A stretch of 64,000 nucleotides of DNA, from the NCBI GenBank assembly GCA_973895155.1, contig OZ316892.1, positions 6,059,978-6,123,977 of the forward strand, written 5' to 3'. The notes under the pieces are model-generated. The model had not been told where the DNA came from, ran no database searches, and was given only the letters and a program-made list of their open reading frames with translations. This document shows positions 52,205 to 64,000 of this stretch, one piece after another. This stretch comes from Marsupella aquatica. Lineage: Eukaryota; Plantae; Marchantiophyta. The first letter of the stretch is position 1. Every line of letters starts with the position of its first letter. The translations under genes were made by a program, and so were the position numbers.

Positions 52205-55200
52205 ATAGTTACGACCGTCAATGCCCTATCAAAAGAATTATGTAAGAGAAGCCGAAGATTTTCCAGAAGAAGTAAAGAATCGCATGCTATACACACCTGC
52301 TCCTAACCTACGGCCGTCGTGAAGCTCCTTTGCAAAAGGCAAATCAGCCCACAAACCAATAGCAGCCTTGTTTCCAGGCTGAAAACCTATTACTTTTCCG
52401 TTCCTTGTGAGCACCACCTGTTTTGCAGGACATGCCATTGTATTTAGCACATTTTCATATTGCAGTGCATAATCCTAAGAACAAAGCAGCGCTGTTAATA
52501 CCAGTAAACCAATTACAAGGCATGAGGCAGCCAGAAAAGCCATGGTCAGTTCATAATACGTCACCTTCAGCACTGATAAGTCCTCGCCCAAATCACAACG
52601 CACAGCATTCCCACCATGCGTACCGGATCTTCTAGTCGAAGACTGAATGACCAGGTATTTTCTTAACACTAAACATTTCTTCAAGTTCCATTTTTCGAAA
52701 CTTTAAATGGTAAGAAACACTAGGCATGTACCTGATAAACAAGTAAGGATTTGCCTTCCAAAGTTTGTACACTGTTTGTTCCAGAATCTTGAACAACGTG
52801 TACTTGATCCTCTACGTCCCGTGTCACCTCTTGACGGGCATTAACATCAGCATTATCAACCCTTGACTCTGCTGTGTTTTGTGTTCTTCCCCATTGACTC
52901 AGGTCTGACCCAATCCAGGCACCTCTCTCTGGACTGCTTTCGACCTCCCCAGGAAGGTTAAATGCATCCTTCAATCTCTTAACTACTTGGAGGCAGAATG
53001 ATTCCATCTCCTTAGCTGGAATGACCTCGTTCTTTGGAAGTAGTCGCTGCATCGACAAAGTCATGTGGGTTTATCAGAACCACACTTGGCTTAAAGGTAT
53101 GATTCAAGAACAAATTGCCAGTATGCTTCGGAATTAAATTATAAAATACACAAAAAAAAACGAACGGATAAGGCAGGCTCAGACAGAGATACGCAGTCAA
53201 ACGTACCATGACTTAAAAAATGCAAGAGACTTTGAGAGAAGACTATTTAGAGTCTGACCTGTCGATCAGTTCGAACACGGCACCATTTCTCCGTGAATGA
53301 CGAATCAGAACTAGAAACAGATGACGCCATGGAAAACTTGCTTGAGAGTAAGTTGGCTGAAGGAGTTTTCAATTTAGCTACTACAAGCATACCAACGAGG
53401 AGTGCTCCTCCGGCTATGCACGACAGAGCTCCTGTCCACACAGTCTTGGCCACCTATTACACCAGAGTAAAAACACCTCCGTTAGAAGCCCTGTAGGAAA
53501 CCTCAGGGATCTGAACTTCAAGGTCTTGACTTCAGGCATCAGCATTCAACCCACTACAGAAGTACCTTACCACAATACCACAAACAGGATCCCACAAATA
53601 TCAGACGTATCAATCCAGAATGGAGAGCTTAGCACCTTACTCTGGGAAAGATGAGACACTTGCAGTTCTACCCCGCTGCGAAGAGCCTTGGCTGGAGTCG
53701 TGTACTTGTCTTCATAATATAGATCTAACATGTCAGCTAAGTCTACCTGTAGCACCAAAAGTTTATGGTTTTCGTCATTACTATACAAAAAAAACCTGGT
53801 CTGAATTGCAGTGAAAGCCAATAGCATCCCACCATCAGGCGCCTCGTCAATAGTATTGATATAAATGACACAAAGTATTCCGACCTGAGGAAAACTAGAG
53901 GTCGACAGTGAGGAAGACAAAGCTTACAACTCTATTTCAGAGGCGAGGACCCTAAACTGTTCCCTTCCCAAATTAGTTTTGTAAGAAACGGCTCCACCCA
54001 TGACGGACAATGAGACCCACATGCATTGAACTAAGTTTTGCTCACAGAGTTTGGACATCTGAAATCCAAATTTGGTCTTTATCTCTAAACATTCATACAT
54101 AGAAGAGGCTCAACCTACCAATTGAGAGTGCGTGAGAAACAAATCAAGAACTTGTTCAGTCTTCGTAGTTAGCCAACCCTTGGCAATAACTTTGAATTTG
54201 CTTGTGTCAATTTGTACTTTATGGATTGGAATGAACTCCGTGATCCAATTTTCTGGAACCTGATCTGGAAGGATATCTGATGGGAGAGAAACAGAAGGAG
54301 TTGGCCACCAAGCTTGATAGGTTCTTCTTGTTTCTCCTAATGCATTTTTCCAATCCAATATTCTCGTGGCCTGCTCCCTAATTTCACTCAGTGAGAGGGA
54401 TCTGACACCAATAGCTTTATTTTGGGCCCAAATCCACTCTGGTTTTCTCCAGAATGCGAATCTCTTGTCATGCCTGCTCCGTCCAGAGAGTCTGTGATGA
54501 AAGCTGTCCTTGATAGTTTCCATAGAATATGAGCTGACTACTTGAGCAAGCCCCTCCAAAACTTTAGGATCCCGAGACTCCAGACTGGCCACGACTGCAT
54601 CCTGCGCATTGGTACAGAAAAATCGTTAAGTATAAGTAATTCGAGACGCACCGAATCCTTGACTTTCGAACCATAACAGTAACCCAATTGGCGACAATAC
54701 AAAATACAAATCAGCGCACAGGATAGCAAATGGGGATCATATGTTAACCAATTGAGTTTTCGGACATAAATAGCACGTGGCGAACGAAAGCTACCTCCTG
54801 TTCATTCGCCAGGTTAGCCATATCTCTCGCTACGCCTGGACTGCGTATATGGATGTCGAAGGCCAACAGATGTCGCATTACCACCCTTTGAAAAGCTTTG
54901 GCTAGGGCATTTCCCGATGACATGCTTATTTTCTTGTGGATCCAAATCGACTTGGCTGCCCTGTTCACCACATGAGTCGGTGCGAGCTGCAACAAAAGTG
55001 AATGAAAGCTTGAGAGGAGGTGAAAGTCCAACCACATCCAATTGACAACGTAATCACGGAACATTTCAGGGCTTAAGACAATCCCACAAAATCAGGTTTC
55101 AGAAAAGCCAAGCCCCGAGCCTCTCTGACTCTGTTTGAATCAAACTATAAATTTCATATCCAATTATTTATTCATAATCTTCTTCACAAAACTTCGAAAA

Positions 55201-55839
55201 AAAGTGACGGGAGACATTCTCTCATACGAGCTTCGTAGAAACAGTGCTATGTTCCCCTGACCGGCCAGGAATGATAGTCTCCACAGTCATCAGAGGCCTC
55301 CCTTTCGAAAGCTCGTCCGCGGCCGTAAGCCCACCATCGGCAGCCATTGCTTCAGTGGCCTGCCAGGCCTGGGCGTCCCCAGTCACCTCCAGAGTACAGA
55401 GATCATTACGATAAACCCTCATTATCGGATATATTGTGGAATCCTCAAGCGCATTCGCTTTCTTATTATCCTTCTCACCCGTCCGCCCTTTCCTGCCATT
55501 CTCATCCGTCCCAACCCCAGTCTCAAATTCCGCCTGCCCATCTGCTCGCCCCACCTCCGCCTGAGCTTTAACGTGAAACCCCAACTCCTCCTCTCCACAA
55601 CCGAACTGATTGCATCTCCTTATCTGTGACACGCCCAATTTGCGGCCCTTCCCGGACGACAAAGCTCCGCGATTTGTTCTCAAAGCTGCTGGAGCGAGGT
55701 CGAGAGAAGCAGAAGCAGAAGCATGATGCGATGAAGGCGATGGCGAAACACCGGTTGTGGATTGGAACGAGACGGAAATAACGCAGAGTCGTGGCGTGGT
55801 CGCGGCCGCGGCCGCTGCCAGGGCCCCGTCGAGAGCCAT
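52020..55839 (-). CDS. ANU10: ANGULATA10-like plastid/thylakoid protein (~714 aa, 8 exons)
   Basis: Exons 55839-55228, 54986-54795, 54601-54119, 53746-53636, 53453-53259, 53046-52732, 52417-52297, 52135-52020 splice in frame. Ser/Ala-rich transit peptide and one TM helix. EHSTVSTKL, LTHSQL|VDLADMLDLYYED, VIGFQP and IELL...ARP match my recollection of Arabidopsis ANU10. The gene structure is firmer than the name. Confidence 0.7.
52174..52203. repeat. (AGT)10 microsatellite in the last intron of the ANU10-like gene
   Basis: Direct observation. Confidence 0.95.
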
Positions 55840-55995
55840 AGAGAGGAGAATTGGGAATTGAAGCTCCTCGAGCTCAATCGCTTTGTAAGAGCATCTCGTC
55901 TGCGTGCTGCTATCTTTACAGTACCTTACACCCTTCACGTCTATTAGTGTGTCACCAAAATATATTCCCTAATCATAACAAACTCATCATGGATG

Positions 55996-56124
55996 TCATC
56001 ATTTTAGTCTACAATTATAATAGGGGATAGTCATCATTTTAGTCTACAATTATAATAGGGGATAGTCATCATTTTAGTCTACATTATAATAGGGGATTAT
56101 AATAGGGGAATTATAATAGGGGAT
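55996..56124. repeat. Minisatellite: ~35-bp unit x3 plus partial copies, upstream of the ANU10-like gene
   Basis: gtcatcattttagtctaca(a)ttataataggggata repeated, then ttataatagggga twice more. Confidence 0.9.
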
Positions 56125-59100
56125 CCTGCCTTTTTAGTCCTTGGGTCCCAATACAAAAAACCTTTTTTGGGTGAGAAAGATTCATAGTAGTTGGATTCCA
56201 TTAGCTATTTTTCTTAACCATTGATAAAGGAAATGTGTACCCCTGGTATATATGTGCTTTCCGCTGCCCCATAAATGCCACGACCCAGCTCCCTATGGGT
56301 CGTCTCTCCTTGTACCATGCAACGCGCGGGTATAGGGCTTGTATTTATATATGACATACCATTCTCCTTTCTATACACATGTGTAAATAAAAATCATGAC
56401 AAAACTTATACATGGTTATCATTTGACCAATATCATAGCCATGAATTTCTCCTTCCACACGGTGAGCCATAGAGTTAGAGTTTAGAAGCTTCACTCTAGA
56501 AGCCTAGGCCCCAACTCTTGGCACTGCACCGGATTCAGTTTTCCTCTGTTTCCAAACCTATGCCACAGACTGCAAATTCACAAACAGCAAAGGTATATTT
56601 AAACGCAAAGTGAACTTAGATTGACCGTAATGTGTTGGAGTTAAGGAATACCTGGATCACATCTGAGGCGAAGTTCTATTCGAGTTCCTCACTTGCGTAA
56701 CTGAACAGATTGTAAAGAATTGTCATGACTACAAAGCTCAACTTACTCCATGTCACTAGTCAACAACCTTGACATTCCCAGCTGCAATAGTCAATTGTGC
56801 AGTGTGTTCCTGGCCTACAATCCACTCTGTGATCTCGTCTGTGATCTCGTCTGTGATAACTCCGTAGTGTGAAGTGGTTAGCCATTTTGTAGGCCATTTA
56901 CATATTGCTTTAAGGCATAGAAGCTATGTCAATGCTGGACCTCCGGAGGAGCAGACCCCAACCACACACATCAGTGATTATGCTAGACCATGGTCTCCAA
57001 CAAAGCAATGACATTTGGGTGAGGCAACCGATTCGCATAAGATTTGTGGTACTCACGTTGTGAGACAGGCAGGCGAAGAGGGAGAGCCATGTGGGCATGC
57101 AGCAAATGACGATCCGTTGTAATTTTTCTTCCAAACTCCTAAGGCACATTTTGAAGCCTGGAAACTTGACAATCTCAATGAATCACATGTCTTGGACGGA
57201 ACCTTTTGGGAATTCCAAGTTGGTAAACTCTCGAGAGTGCAAGAGATCATCGCTTCTGAAGAGTACGCCAGTCTGTATATTCGATGCAATATTTCAAACA
57301 ACCACTCGTTCTGACAACGGAGCGGCAGGCGGTGCCGGACGATGCATCTCTAAGGTCCAGGATTTGTTCCCATGTTCCTGCACCAATTGTACCTTACATA
57401 TGAATCTAAATTGAGGGAATCGTTCTTCACAAGGTCCCCAACATAGCTAGTTTTTAGATTGCAACTAGGACAGATTGTTTCATATAACGAGTGGATTGCA
57501 AGGGTTGGACTTTTACGAGTGTCCTCGACCTTGTCGTGAAGTAGACGTGACTAACAATTTTTAAGAGCTCAAAAATTGGGCTGCGTTCAAGAGTTAACTT
57601 TGTGTAGTTTCAGCGTCAGTTTCATTATTTTCTGTATTTTCTTCATCCCTTGTAACTTCTGTTTCAGGAAGACCTTAGAAGCTGCATTCTTGGCTTGCAC
57701 ATTTCCAGATAAAGAATTCAGACCACTGCGTATCCTTTGGACTAAGTCAGAAGCATCAAGTCTCGAACGGACTTTGGCTCCTACTGCCTTCAAAGATCTC
57801 CTTGATCTCCTATCCATGTTTTTTTTGCTCAATGCCTTGAATTAGCTACGATTACTGGTTATGAAATGGAGCTTTCTAAGGAAAGTATCGCACCGTTTAC
57901 TTGTCCTCAATATACATTGTCATTCTGGAACATGCTTCATTCTTTGTTTCTGTAGTCATGGTATACCACTGAACTCCTCACACCTTTAGCATCATACAGT
58001 TTCTGAAATATTCTTTTCATGCAGGTTCAAGTGCGATTTTGTACCGACTCTGGCGCACCTACAGCCACCTTTCAATGTCATGAAGCTGTATCAACGATGG
58101 ATGTACTTTACAAACATTGAAGTTCCATAAATTGTTATTAAGTTTCAGCACTGAGCCGCTACAGGTAAATGTTGTTGTGCAGAACATTTATATTCCTTCC
58201 TATTCCATAGTAGAGAAAGGGAACTACCAGAATGGCCCGACTAAACAGGCTTAGTCCATGACCAGCTGCCAAACCATATTGGCAAAACCCTTATGATCCA
58301 CTTTATAGAAGTAGACCATCATGAAGTGCAATTTGTCAGCATGATTAAACTATTTTAACTAACCTCAAGGTTTTCTTGTGGAGTCTGACAAGTCTGACCA
58401 CGGTAGTTCACCAAAGTACATTGACTGATTCTACCGAACATTACAAACAAGCAGAAAACATATTCATGACACTTCCTGGCTAGACCAACGCCAGTCCTCA
58501 TAAACGCTCAGAGAATTCAATGACCGCGGCGAAAATGTAACGCTCTTTTCTGTGTGAATGTTACATGCACGTACAATGTATGGAGCCACGCTTTCTGGAA
58601 CAAATCGGCAGCCTTACGATTTCACAACGCAGCACTCTCCTTCCAACCATCAATTAATCAATATTTATTTTGACAGTTACCTCACTACCTGATTTCGTAA
58701 TGTCTGGATCAACAATCGTAAGGTCCTGACCTGTCCTGTACCTGACTTGAGACGAGATTCACATCTTCCTGCTTTACTGTCTGAACCGTACTTCCCACAG
58801 TAAGCTTTCTACAGTAACCTATCTACCTCCTGTTGGGTGGTTGGCTACACTCCCACAAAACCAAATCACCTGTGATATAATTGTGATGGAATGATGGATT
58901 CAGTTGTTTGAGGTTTTCGGCACCAAAGCACTAAACCTCTCGTGAAGGCGGATCTTAAATCGTTTCCAAGCGGAGTGAACGATTTTCTGGCAGATCTGCC
59001 CTATTATTCGATTCGATTTAGTTTCGCTACCGACAAGAAAGGCTAGATTTGTTCCATTTGTTAATTATAGATACCTTCGGAGACCCATTTCTCCGCGTTT

Positions 59101-60574
59101 TATCAGCGCACAACTTCTAGCGACTCAAACTAAGTGCTCACCAGACCTAGACAACTTCCTGTCGGCTAGATTGACAGCCTTTTCTGGACAGGCTTTATTC
59201 GGCAGACCCTGCTTCTCAAATTGATGTTTCTTATCTGAAAATCCCAGACATTCGGGCTGTCTTGAACAATGATTAACTTTGCTTTGAAGGACAGCGTTGA
59301 AGAGAGAGTTGCAATCATATCGGAGAAAGATATCCTACTTCAATGAGGCCAGAAACTTCAGAAATATTGTGAAAGCCTTGACAAACAGAAAGGCCATGGT
59401 GTGCACATAGCAAAGAAGGTGACGGATGAGCAGAGGACGCTCTGAGAGGGAAGACGATTGTTTCAAGAGAGAAGTCTGGGGAGTAGTGACTTATTACTTG
59501 GACTCAGAAATCAAATCGGATGCAGTGCCATGTGCTTATCAAATTTCATTGAAGTTGAGGGTTTTTATGTTTGTTCCGTTTCTTCTAGTACTCATGTGCT
59601 CGTGAGCGATTTGAGTACAAAATGCGGCCCCGATGCCTTCAGTTGCCATATACAATATCTTCCAAGGCAAGCCACTCTTTTCATCAGTGGAAAACAATTC
59701 AGTAAGCAAGCTCCAAATTTGATAATCCAGAATGAAAATTCTTCTACTATTGTGCTCGTCAGCGATCAGAGTAGGAAATGCGCCCGATGCGCTCGGTTGC
59801 CACAAAATATCTTCAAAAGCAAGCCTCTCCATTCACGTGTACAGAGAAATTCAGTGAACAAACTCCAAAATTCATTATCCAGAAAGAAAACACTGGGCCC
59901 TGTAAATTTTACACGAGTCACACCCTAGTAATGGAATACAAAACAAGGCCCATAGATTTGTTCATTTATGTTCTGATTGTTATAGACTAGACTTATCTGC
60001 AGTGCAGCCTTCGAAAAAGCCGTTTCCTTCCACTTCACGGGGAAAACGGCCATATAATGGCAAAAATTTCAAGCAATATAGTGGTCCACAATTGACTTAG
60101 GCGACCAACAAGTCGGTTCCATTATATGCCGAAATGATTGTAACTCGATTAGAATGTTGATGTGACTCATCCTCACTTTAAAATGAGAAAGCAGCAAATG
60201 GATGTGCCACAGTTTGGTCATGGAGATCGCAACATTTGATTGTCACCTTTTGTGAAGTATGACGAAAGAAGATCATGATCATGTTGGTCCATCTCATCAT
60301 ACTCTGAATGATCACCCATAATATATGTCAACCTTCAGTTGGTGATCAAGTGACCCAAGTCCTCTGGTCGTCTATTGAGTTTCCTGATTCTTTCTACACC
60401 ACATTCATGTAGAGTCTAGATTTGGATGTCAGCAGTCTTGGATTCCAACAACAGAAACATAGGTCAGCCGAATAGTGGCCAATCTTGCGCTTGCAATATC
60501 TGACTTCGAAAACTAAAGAAAGCCACAGACAACTTTGTTCAGAATTTAGGGTTGAACTCATCATCAGAATTAAC

Positions 60575-61810
60575 TGCGTCCCAAAACCTCCCTCTCCTAT
60601 TGGTGCACTCTGGACAAAGTTCTTTGTGACCTCCTTTTAGTTCTTGAAGAAACATCTTCATCAATTCTGCATCTTATTGGTGCTGTCTGGGGCACTCTCT
60701 CCATCGCCAAGTAGTATCCATTCCACAACCACAACAAGAGATCCGCCAGTTCTGATCAACATTACCCACCATGGTACACCCGTTATCCCTCAGCACAAGA
60801 AGGTGAGGGATAACTGCGAAGGCCGTTATTTCTGTAAAGAAGGTTAGATTGAACAGGTCGCTGTTCGGCTGGATGACAGGAAGAGGCCTGGATAGTTGGT
60901 GGACTAGTTTAAGAACCTCTAAAGATGGGCATAATGACATCTTCTGGAACAGGTCCAATTAGCTCATGATTAAAGAGATTTTAGGAGTTGGACCATAGAC
61001 AGCCATTCTTGTGATAAAAACTGTTCCCAATATCTCCCCCACCGGATGATCGTTACTGAGATCCAGATCTTTAAGTTGCCGTCGAAAGCATGTCGTTGAC
61101 AGAGAAGTTCAGGACAACCCTAATGGAGTCTTCCCTGAAAAATGGTTGTTTGAGAAGTCGAGAACCTCTGCTTTCAAAAGAGAAGTTGTACTGGACGGAA
61201 TCAAGAACTCTAGTCCATGACGGAGACAAAAAAATTATCCAGGACACTGTTGGTGCTCAGGAACCACTGGTCTCCTAACGCTGTGAAGGAGTGTCGATGT
61301 GAAGGAGTGTCGAGCTTCAGCTTCACAAGACTGGTCAACCTTGGGAGAGCAGGAATGCTACCATTCTAAGCATGAGGTTGAGAGTAGCAAGATTAGTCCA
61401 TTCCCCAAACTATTTCGAAAGAGGGCCAAAAACTTAAGTGTCAGTAAGAGACTCCAAATTCTCCAAGCCACGCAGTCTAGGGACTCACCGGAGAATTGCG
61501 TCAGCTGAAGAGACAAGAATCGTAGGCCCTGGCAGGCAGAAATATTGGTCACTCCCCTGCCAACAATTCATTTCGTTGAAACTACAAAGGGTGCGAAATT
61601 CGCAAGTTTAATTCTGCGCATATCAGCAACAAGAGCCACAGGAAACGTGTAGAGAGTGAGAAGAGGGCTGAATGAAACGAGGTCAATTCTAGAGTACAGG
61701 AATCGTACCAATAAATTCCAGACAGCAATCACTGCCTACAAGTTTGATTCCACTAAACAATTTCTCGTGCTCTGGTGCTCGCCAGTTTGCTACATTATCG
61801 GATGAGAGGA
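60575..61810 (-). pseudogene. Decayed LRR receptor-like kinase
   Basis: Ordered fragments with stops and frameshifts: EFIGTIP, LRFLSLQLTQFSG, AEVLDFSNNHFSGKTP, LKDLDLSNDHPVGEI, LIGPVP, C-cap-like NNGLRSYP, TM-like GVPWWVMLIRTGGSLVVVV, and kinase entry ELK/EVTKNFVQSAPIGEGGFGT. Confidence 0.75.
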
Positions 61811-61869
61811 GACAGGAAAGGGAAAGTCCAAGGTGTGATGTTCTGTGCGCCTCCAGGCGGTCTCCGTCT

Positions 61870-63110
61870 CTTGGTCCTGCCGCCCGTAGGGCTCCGAGAA
61901 ATCGAGCAGCCCACAAACAGGAGAAGCAGAGCAGCCGACATCGGAAGCGTGCAGCACACATTATGTGCCTCAATTGCGCGTAGAGCGAAATGGTGTTTCA
62001 TTCTCGCACTACGTGAACACCACGTTGAGCCTTGCCGTTTCTTTCCTGGAAACAAAGCCGAAAGACTGCTGAGACAAGAAAGCTGTCGCACAATCAGAAC
62101 GTAGATCCCAGCAAACTCGCTCGATAGACTTGGTCCTCCCACCGTAGGGCTCCGAGAAATCGAGCAGCCCACAGACAGAAGAAGCACAGCAGCCCGACAT
62201 CGAAATGACGGCAGCGCACACGATGTGCCTCAATCTCAATACTCCGCGTACAAAGAAATCATGTTCCCTTCCGGCACTACTGTACGTGAACAGCACGCTG
62301 AGCCGTGCCGTTTATTTCCAGGTAACGAAGCCGAAAGGCAGGCTGCTGCTGATACAAGAAACCTTTTGCATAGATCCAGCAAAACTCGTTCGACACAATA
62401 ATACATCCTCTCACCGAAGGGCTCAGAGAAATCGAGCAGCCCACAATTGGAGAATCGGGAGCAGCCGCGATGGAAATACAGCACCAGACTCCCATGTGCC
62501 TCAACCTCAACAGTTCGCCTAAAGAAAAATCGTGTTCCCTTGTGGCCTTGTGGCACTACCCCCCGAACACAGTGAGTTGTGTTCTAAAATGAATTTTTAA
62601 ATTTTTTTTAGGTCTCCTGAAGAAAAAGTATTATTTTTTTCAAACTGAAAATGTCAGTTTAACACACCTCCTGGGAGGTTGTGTTTGAATATTGGTGTTT
62701 TGTTGCCTTGTGTTTGAATATTGGTGGTTGTGTTTGAATATTGGTGTTTTGTTGCCTTGTGTTTGAATATTGGTGTTGTGTTCGAGTTGGACAATGGGTT
62801 AGAGATGTGACCCTAAATTGTTCTACATTGAACACAAATAGTCAAAACTTCAAGAAGCATATGCCAATGACAATATTCAAACACAACATCAATATTTGAA
62901 CACAACAGTGCCCTGTAAATACAAAAAATGAAAACACAATCAAAACTCGAATACACCGCCCCCGGGCACACTATTTGATTAGAGCACCCCATGGCCCACT
63001 ATTCAAATACACAGCCATGGCATTGTGTTCAAGGGAAGACGGTAGGTGGACAGCATGCTCAGGCTGGACGTTTATTTCCTGGTAACGAAGCCAAAAGCTG
63101 CTCATACACA
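61870..63110. repeat. Three diverged tandem units (~260-270 bp), the third interrupted by a MITE
   Basis: Anchor ccg(t/a)agggctc(c/a)gagaaatcgagcagcccaca at ~61884, ~62142 and ~62414. Unit 3 resumes at 63045. Confidence 0.85.
62559..63042. mobile_element. Tc1/mariner-like MITE, copy 3
   Basis: Flanked by TA at 62557-58 and 63043-44. Right end GGGAAGACGG. Left end CCCCCCGAACAC with a small deletion. The interior is homologous to copies 1 and 2. Confidence 0.8.
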
Positions 63111-64000
63111 AAAACAGATTTCGCCTGAGCACACAAGGAATCGCATTCCTTTTCAGGTTTCATGCAGGAGATGATGGTGTCTGTCAAGAAGAAAATGGTT
63201 TGCATAACAGTGTCTTAGTAAGTGCACATCAAAATATGACATGTATCATCCCTCCATATCATGATAAACCTCATTGTTTTTTTTAAATCAATGAGTGCAC
63301 GCCATATATTACCACATTTTGATATGTGATTAGCAGGGCACGTTCAAAACGGCAAAATCCGGCCCAATTCCAAACACGGAAGTATTGTATAGTCTGCTGT
63401 GCCTAAGTGCATGCTCCTAGGAAGACACTCCAAGCCAGCACTTATCCACATTATGCACTTTATCATAAGTGTATGCCTGTTGCACTTCTCCATATGTGTC
63501 TGTTGCACTTTCCAATAAGTGCTTATAAAATCACTTATGCACTTCCACAAATGTCTTGTCAGGTCAAACACATCAATTTTTCATACCCAGAATCCTTGTA
63601 GTGCACAATTCAACTAGATAGTGCATGAAACTACTAGTTGTCTGCTGCATTTATCAATAAATGCTTCAACATATGTGTTGCAGTCATTGATTAATGCATT
63701 TGTACTCTTTTAGACAGAAAATGTCTTTATGTATTTATTGTTTAGTGCTGGGAAACTTGCACTTACAGACCGTGCATTTTTTGGTGCATTTACAAAAGAA
63801 TTTGCTCTATTATTGAGGGACTACACAACCACCCCGCACTTTCTCACGGAATGCAGTTATACATGTTGCACTTATCAATGATAGACTGTACACTACAGCA
63901 ATACACTTACTTTTTTAGTTTTTAACAAAAGTACTTTGCCACTAATGAGAAAGCTCGGGGGTTTGTTTTGCTCATCCCCATGGCCTGTGACACACACTGT

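Noticed and set aside
52238-52296. ORF-track stop at 52238 as the end of the ANU10-like gene
   Set aside because: A donor at 52296 and a further exon at 52135-52020 give a better conserved C-terminus.
63340-63950. TGCACTT-rich stretch, possibly a TE subterminal region
   Set aside because: No termini or TSD can be defined within the window.
1-64000. Window-wide excess of TAC(A/T)GTA footprints
   Set aside because: My rough count by eye is close to chance expectation for this base composition, so only sites with alignment support were reported.

Overview
This is intron-rich eukaryotic nuclear DNA from a land plant, most likely a bryophyte such as a liverwort. That assignment is inferred from the gene families, the CRE-like retroelement and a flagellar-type gene. 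Most ORF-track entries are exons or noise. Four genes look intact once spliced by hand: a plastid DXS (10 exons, +), a ~1560-aa protein joining an axonemal dynein light chain (p28/AXDND1-like) domain, a coiled coil, an EF-hand and an acidic tail (13 exons, +), an ankyrin-PGG transmembrane protein (+), and an ANGULATA10-like thylakoid protein (8 exons, -). Around them lie decayed genes: GDPDL/SHV3-like, a P-type ATPase, an LRR receptor kinase and possibly a cNMP-binding protein. Transposon debris includes a solo LTR with TSD, L1-like and CRE-like non-LTR fragments, a Harbinger ORF1 relic and three copies of a Tc1/mariner-like MITE, and there are many short tandem duplications. The best leads are the large p28-domain/EF-hand gene and a tandem repeat whose three units show the empty site, an apparent excision footprint and the occupied site of the same MITE. 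All calls come from reading and motif recall, with no database searches.
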